Shown here: positions 58,823 through 64,000 of the stretch, piece by piece
How the letters are laid out: the number at the start of each line of letters is the position of its first letter
How positions within the stretch are numbered: position 1 is the first letter of the stretch
Virus record (IMG/VR): IMGVR_UViG_3300021431_000087
Coordinates: 60,195-124,194 of that record
DNA length: 64,000 bases
Source of the DNA: a virus
Taxonomy: Duplodnaviria; Caudoviricetes
Strand: one strand, 5' to 3'
Notes under the pieces: generated by a model
Database searches by the model: none
What the model was told of the DNA's origin: nothing
Seen by the model: the letters and a program-made list of their open reading frames with translations, nothing else
Position numbers and translations under genes: made by a program

Positions 58823-60007
58823 CTATACGATTATGGTATTTGTGAGCTTGCGTCCCCGAGAGAACACCGCCCATTGTTTAGAGTCGGCTTTTTCAAGTCC
58901 TATTTTCAGGTCGGCGACCCGTCCGAATCGTCTATACGTTCCGCCGATGTCTATGCACCATGCTTTCTTGTTCGGGAAGGGTCTTATGCACCGTCCGAGC
59001 ATTTGGTAATAGAGAGCGAGGGATTTTGTCGGTCTTGCAAGGATGATGGTGTCGAGTTCAGGGTAGTCGAATCCTACTGCGAGCACCATGCAGTTCACTA
59101 TGACGCTTATGCGTCCGTCCTTGAAATCCTTTATAAGCCGTTCCCTTTCCTTGTTAGGCGTTTCTCCCGTAACGATAGCTGCCGACTCACCACATTCCTG
59201 CAACTTATTGACGAGGTATTCCGCCTCCGTGGTGAAACGTGTGAAGACGAGGATGCCTTTTCTCGGCACTCCGCTCTTCGGATGCAGGACACGCAGCGTA
59301 AGGCTCAGCAATTTTTCATAGAATCCGCTGCGTCTGTATTCGTCTACGAGCGATTTGTCATCGTAGTCGGAACCCGTGCTGTTGGAGCGGACATTTTCGA
59401 GGTTCATGTCTGTAAGGTCGAAATATTCGGGGTCTGCGAGATATCCTCGTGAGAGCAGTTCCGTTATCTGGCATACATAGAGGACGTAGCTGAAGATATG
59501 TGGTCGTGTCCGTGTGAGAAACTTCAACTCCGATCCTCCGCGTCTGCTTGAAAGGCGGTATGGCGTGGCTGTGAGCCCGACAACCTTCCTGTCAGCACGA
59601 TGATGGATAAATTTCTCGTACATGCCTCCGTCACTGTTCACGCCATGTGCCTCGTCTATGATGATAAAGCGGAAAACGTCAAAGTCCTCTATGTGATTGA
59701 TGGCTGATTTGATGGTGGCGAAGGTTATCAAGGATATTTTCTTCTGTCCTACCGATGCAGAATACATGCTGCTTTCGCCTTTTGCGACCTTCTCCATCTT
59801 CTCATAGTTTTGTAATAAAATTTCTTTACTTGGGCAAAATATGAGGATTGGCGTGCCAAGGCGGTGTGCGATATCGGCTATTATATGGCTTTTGCCGCCG
59901 CCCGTGGGAACGACAATAAGTCCTCCGCCCTTCTTCTTCCGGTCTTGGAAGTAGGCGATGGAGGCATCCGATGCTGCTTTCTGGTAAGGTCTTAGGACTA
60001 TGCTCAT
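58823..60007 (-). CDS. SF2 DEAH helicase (RadD/YejH-like)
   Basis: LRPYQ, PTGGGKS, DEAH, TATP, QMLGR. Confidence 0.92.
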   Translation of the reverse strand: MSIVLRPYQKAASDASIAYFQDRKKKGGGLIVVPTGGGKSHIIADIAHRLGTPILIFCPSKEILLQNYEKMEKVAKGESSMYSASVGQKKISLITFATIKSAINHIEDFDVFRFIIIDEAHGVNSDGGMYEKFIHHRADRKVVGLTATPYRLSSRRGGSELKFLTRTRPHIFSYVLYVCQITELLSRGYLADPEYFDLTDMNLENVRSNSTGSDYDDKSLVDEYRRSGFYEKLLSLTLRVLHPKSGVPRKGILVFTRFTTEAEYLVNKLQECGESAAIVTGETPNKERERLIKDFKDGRISVIVNCMVLAVGFDYPELDTIILARPTKSLALYYQMLGRCIRPFPNKKAWCIDIGGTYRRFGRVADLKIGLEKADSKQWAVFSRGRKLTNTIIV

Positions 60008-60075
60008 ACAAGATACAAAGGTACAAAAAAAATCTCAAATATGTTTGGTTATCAAATACTTTATTTGCAAAAAAA

Positions 60076-60826
60076 TTAAAATAGCGACAGCTGCCTTGTC
60101 TCTTCCCATATCCTCTGCTCGGCAATCTTGCAATAATTGTTGGATATTTCAGAACCGATATATTTCCGTTTCAGCTTTGTTGCCATCAAGGCAGTCGTCC
60201 CGCTACCCATAAACGGGTCATAGACCAAATCACCCTCCTTGCTGCAACATTTAATGATATTGCCGACAAGGAGCTTGGGAAAAGGTTCGGGATGCTTCGT
60301 ATTCGTCTCGAAGTTGATGTTCCACACGTTTTGTCTGAAGGCGGACTGTGACTTATCGAAGAAGACGTTCTTCGGGTCTTTCACAATCCAGTAGATATAT
60401 TCGGTTATAGGCTGGAAATAATGTGGGTCATTGGCGCAGCTGCTTCCTCTATTCCATATTATCTGCTGATGAATACTGAAGTCGTACACCCATTTGGGCG
60501 GGATAATAACGCCGTCCACAAGAATATCCTTGTGGTTATAGAATATACTGCCCGTTGGCTTTAGGACTCGGATGCACTCGCTTAGAATGTTTCTCTGCCA
60601 TGCCTCATAAGCCTCTTGCGGCATATTATCGGAATAGGTGTCGTAAGCTATCTGGTCGCCCACGCATGGCCGACCAGAACCCGCTTGTGCCCTTGTCTGT
60701 TGCGTATGCGTTCTTGTTGTACGGCGGCGACGTTACAATAAGGTCAATGGAATTGCTTTCAAGACGCTGTAGCGTATTCATGCAATCCTCGTTAAAGATA
60801 ATATTTGTATCCATAGTGTTTACCAT
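60076..60826 (-). pseudogene. N4/N6 DNA methyltransferase split by a 1-nt frameshift
   Basis: TSPPY half (60626-60826) and HPEPFP/DPFMGSGTT half (60076-60663) join if one base near 60654 is removed. Confidence 0.75.
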
Positions 60827-61246
60827 AAATTTAGCGATTCGTCTTTTTTATTCTGCTTCCATTCTTTTTCTGGATGCTTCTTCTTGTACTCTTTCTGACA
60901 ATCCTTGCAATAGCTTTGCAGCCCGTCGCGGGTGAACCTCGAAGCATTGAATTGCCAGTGCTCGAGGATTCGCCCGCAATGGGGACAACGCTTACCTTGT
61001 TCGGAAAAGAGGTCATTTGACATATTTTTCTTGTTTTATCCTATCCTTGACAAAATTATAAATTATGCCTGTGTAATCAGAGGAATACTTATCCTCAAGG
61101 ATATATAGCGTTTTTCCTGTCGCGCACATGACAGAAACCTCAAACAAGAAACGCTCGTAGAAATCAATCTTCTGCTGCATTTCGGCAACAAGAGCCACCT
61201 CATTGTCATTCAGTCTCCTGACCTTGGTTGGTTTGCGTCTTTTCAT
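60820..61246 (-). CDS. Two small ORFs (60820-61023 Zn ribbon; 61013-61246)
   Basis: CPHC..CKDC; coupled. Confidence 0.6.
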
Positions 61247-61248
61247 GG

Positions 61249-61884
61249 TCAGAAATCTCCGTCAAAGTCCTTTATTTGCGCACTTGGCTGCGGTTCCGAA
61301 AACTCCACCCCGAACAGCTCAAGCATCTGCGCACGGTTGTTCTCATCCGATGACCATATCTCGCTTGTGTCTGGCACTTCGTACCCCTTGGCAAGGACAA
61401 AGACCTTCCTCGCCTCGTTCCATGTGTAGGTGAGGTAGTAGCCTGCGATGGCAATGGTAAAGGTGTCCGAACCTTTCAGCTTCTGCTCCACCGTTCCGAG
61501 CTTCACCTCAGCAGCCATCGTTGCCACCTCCTGCAATGCGGATGCATAACGCTCCTCTGCCTCCTTCTTCATACGCTTCGCCTCTTCCAAGGCTTCCTCG
61601 AGTTGCCGCTTGCGCTCCGGCAGAATATTCTCCACCAATTGGCAGTACTCGGCGCGGATAGCGCTTTTCTCTTGGTCATCCATCACACGGGTGACATACT
61701 CCGTTTCTGGGAACGTAGCCGTTAACGTTCGGCCGATAAACTTCATCACATCACGCTTTGTCTCTAACTTCTCGCTTTCGACAGCACTGATGAAATCAAG
61801 TTCAAGAGGAAACTCCTCCCGCACAATGTCATCGAGTACATACTGCGGGTTCTGAGGACAATAGTTTTCTAAGTTCTGATTCAT
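61249..61884 (-). CDS. Hypothetical coiled-coil protein
   Basis: 211-aa ORF. Confidence 0.7.
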   Translation of the reverse strand: MNQNLENYCPQNPQYVLDDIVREEFPLELDFISAVESEKLETKRDVMKFIGRTLTATFPETEYVTRVMDDQEKSAIRAEYCQLVENILPERKRQLEEALEEAKRMKKEAEERYASALQEVATMAAEVKLGTVEQKLKGSDTFTIAIAGYYLTYTWNEARKVFVLAKGYEVPDTSEIWSSDENNRAQMLELFGVEFSEPQPSAQIKDFDGDF

Positions 61885-62216
61885 AATTGTTTGTTTTTAT
61901 AAATATTTTTTCCTTTATAACATCCTAATCCGAACTGCTTGCTGCAACATTCCTGAAAGAATGTACATACTCCGCACGAACACCATTCATGCCCCATATA
62001 CTCATGATATGTATTGCATTCTGGAAAATTGCAAAGCATTCCGTCTACATGTGAGCATCCTTCTTCACGAAATACGGGGCATTTGCGAACGGGGTCTCCG
62101 TTGCGCCACAGATACCATATCCGTTTAATTTTATTCAAGATTCCCATAACTTTCAATGAATATATTAACGTCCATATAGTCAATTCCGAAGTTCTCTGCG
62201 GTCTTGAGGTCTGCAT
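61881..62216 (-). CDS. Cys-rich hypothetical protein
   Basis: GCSHVDG..C; real start probably MGILNK. Confidence 0.55.
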   Translation of the reverse strand: MQTSRPQRTSELTIWTLIYSLKVMGILNKIKRIWYLWRNGDPVRKCPVFREEGCSHVDGMLCNFPECNTYHEYMGHEWCSCGVCTFFQECCSKQFGLGCYKGKNIYKNKQL

Positions 62217-62670
62217 CCGACCACCCTATGGGCAAGCCCGACGCATCTCCAATCATCAGCATCTCTTCCTTGCTCGCCATCACTCCATGACGTGGCAGAT
62301 ACTTGTAGCAAGCGTTCACAAGCATACCTACCCTCGGCTTGCGGTAAATGTTATCCTTGTCATTGCTCTTGCAATAGTTGTACTCCACGGGAATGCCAAG
62401 GTATTCCTCAAGTGAGAACTGAATATAGTTCATCTTTCCTTTACAGAAATGCCTTTCATTGACAAATCCGCTTTCAATGCCTCCCTGGTTACTGATAATA
62501 ACAAGCATTTCAAAGCCGTAGTTCTTGATAGCATCAAGCACTTCAAACTTGAAACGCATGTCCCATATTCCGCTTGGGAATGTGTTACCCGACACGGTTT
62601 CTATAAGCGTGCCGTCAAGGTCTGCGAAGAGCACCTTCTTAGGGTGCATCATTTGGTCTGTTATGTTCAT
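62131..62670 (-). CDS. HAD-family polynucleotide 3'-phosphatase-like protein
   Basis: DLDGTL, SNQGG, RKPRVGM, IGDASG..SDAD. Confidence 0.88.
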   Translation of the reverse strand: MNITDQMMHPKKVLFADLDGTLIETVSGNTFPSGIWDMRFKFEVLDAIKNYGFEMLVIISNQGGIESGFVNERHFCKGKMNYIQFSLEEYLGIPVEYNYCKSNDKDNIYRKPRVGMLVNACYKYLPRHGVMASKEEMLMIGDASGLPIGWSDADLKTAENFGIDYMDVNIFIESYGNLE

Positions 62671-62805
62671 TCTTTCAGTTTTTACAATACATAATTATTG
62701 CCGCAAGCATATCTCTCGGCTCGTCAAGCTGATGCTTCTCAATGGTCTCAAGGATATTCCGTTTGGTGTCCTTTATGCCATCGTCGTAGCCTTCAAAATA
62801 ACCTT

Positions 62806-63257
62806 TCATTCTATAAATTGCTTTCTTTTTTTCCAATCAAATCCGAATCCGCACAGCCACATGGCAATTTCTACGCTGAGCGGGCTGTAATCCGAGATGT
62901 AATCCCGTCCCGTTATTATGTAATAAACGGGAATTGCGAGAAAATCAAAGAACCACAACACAAACAGCGAACAAAAAGCCAATAAGACTCTCGGAATGAA
63001 AAGCACTACCGTGAAAAATCGTTTTAAATAAATCATTCTATCAGTCGTTTTACTTCTTTCCAATCAATCTTCTCGCCCGTAAAAGGGTCGTACATAAACC
63101 GCTGAAGGTTCGTAGAGTAGCGGAAATCGCAATACTGCCTTGCAGTGATAGCGGATATTCCATCACGGATATGGTCGTACAGATCGCTGACCGTACAGAC
63201 GCAAGTGTACTCAAATGTCACGGAAAGAACACCTATCGTCGTCTTGAAGTTTGTCAT
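62806..63257 (-). CDS. Two small ORFs (62806-63063 membrane; 63033-63257)
   Basis: Hydrophobic segment; coupled. Confidence 0.5.
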
Positions 63258-63691
63258 AAATATTTCTCATAAAGTGCTATTTGTTTTTCTGCCTCTAACA
63301 AAGCATCAAATTCATTTGGTGAAGGAATATACAACCCTGCCTCTGAGGCTGACCAGTTGCGGAAACGGTCTATAGCCGTAGACATTTCGCCCGTGTCAAG
63401 GTCACGGGTTGAACGCATATAGGTAACGACAATCCCGTTCCTGTTCGCCCTTTCTCTTGCGAAGATATCATGATTTACCTGCCGCTTGAAAAGGTCGTAC
63501 TTTACCGTTTCCAAGTCGTAGCCGAACTCCGAGGCAAAATAAGAAAGAACGACATGAAGATAGGAGTTCTGGCTCAGTGAACGCTGATGCTTGCGTTCCT
63601 TTACCTCTACCGCCACCTGCCGTTTCAGGAGATATTCGCAGTAAGAACGGAACTTGCTGCGCTCACCGTCTTTTGACAAATCTAATATCAT
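63254..63691 (-). CDS. NinB/YbcN-like protein
   Basis: RSLSQNSYLH...STRDLDTGEM. Confidence 0.75.
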   Translation of the reverse strand: MILDLSKDGERSKFRSYCEYLLKRQVAVEVKERKHQRSLSQNSYLHVVLSYFASEFGYDLETVKYDLFKRQVNHDIFARERANRNGIVVTYMRSTRDLDTGEMSTAIDRFRNWSASEAGLYIPSPNEFDALLEAEKQIALYEKYL

Positions 63692-63694
63692 ACG

Positions 63695-63922
63695 CTATTC
63701 AATGAGTCTGTATGTGGCGTAGCTGACGTGGTTTCCAGTCAGGGGGCTGACACTCTCCGTGCGCTCCGTCACGATGTTATAACCTTCCTCTCGCAGGTCT
63801 GCTATACGCGCTCCGAGACGCATTGATCCATATTCCCGTAGTGCCACCATCGGGTTGATAAAGCCATATCTCCGCAGGTGGTTGAGGATATAATGTTTCT
63901 GACTGTTCCTTCTTTCTTTCAT
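63695..63922 (-). CDS. Helix-turn-helix protein (HTH_39-like)
   Basis: SQKHYILNHL..G..A..YG..RLGARIADLREEGYNI. Confidence 0.8.
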   Translation of the reverse strand: MKERRNSQKHYILNHLRRYGFINPMVALREYGSMRLGARIADLREEGYNIVTERTESVSPLTGNHVSYATYRLIE

Positions 63923-63976
63923 AACGTTTATTTTTAAAGGTCAGCCCCGCCGAGGCAGAGCCGACCATGTTTTACA

Positions 63977-64000
63977 TTAGAATGGAAGATCGTTATTCTG
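63977..64000 (-). CDS. C-terminus of a probable SSB-like protein
   Basis: Ends ...QNNDLPF*. Confidence 0.45.
   Translation of the reverse strand, partial: QNNDLPF

Noticed and set aside
1-64000. Stop-codon reassignment as in some Bacteroidota phages
   Set aside because: Conserved genes are full length in the standard code, and TAG/TGA terminate tightly packed genes; no suppressor tRNA seen

Overview
This 64-kb window is a segment of a tailed dsDNA phage or prophage genome. Its host is almost certainly Bacteroidota, since many TTTG-N19-21-TAnnTTTG promoters are present, and it uses the standard genetic code. It contains long runs of small accessory ORFs (including an AT-rich block at about 11.5-18.2 kb), an amidoligase/HNH/glutamine amidotransferase module, luxS, terminase genes, an intein-containing ParB-methyltransferase, a ParB/PAPS-reductase/ASCH module, three tRNAs, and a replication/recombination module (primase-helicase, DnaC-like ATPase, initiator with iterons, NinG, IF-1, dUTPase, helicase). 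The standout is a self-contained + strand cassette at 31994-33815. It runs promoter, Cas7/RAMP-like gene, a non-coding array, a winged-helix-like gene, terminator. The array has five tracts of 5-nt periodic (A/T)G(T/C/A)-NN units, each closed by a 42-46 nt tRNA-like (acceptor stem plus T-arm) element. Read as NN-gap-NN, the variable dinucleotides of tract 5 spell codon positions 1-2 of a terminase segment homologous to, but different from, this phage's own terL (34354-34404). That suggests an RNA-guided, wobble-skipping system aimed at competing phages. A second notable feature is a family of about 13 small basic proteins sharing an N-terminal MAxE(T/V)xxARE leader (40.6-47.3 kb), possibly capsid-packaged, injected effectors. 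Protein family calls come from motif recognition by eye, not database searches.
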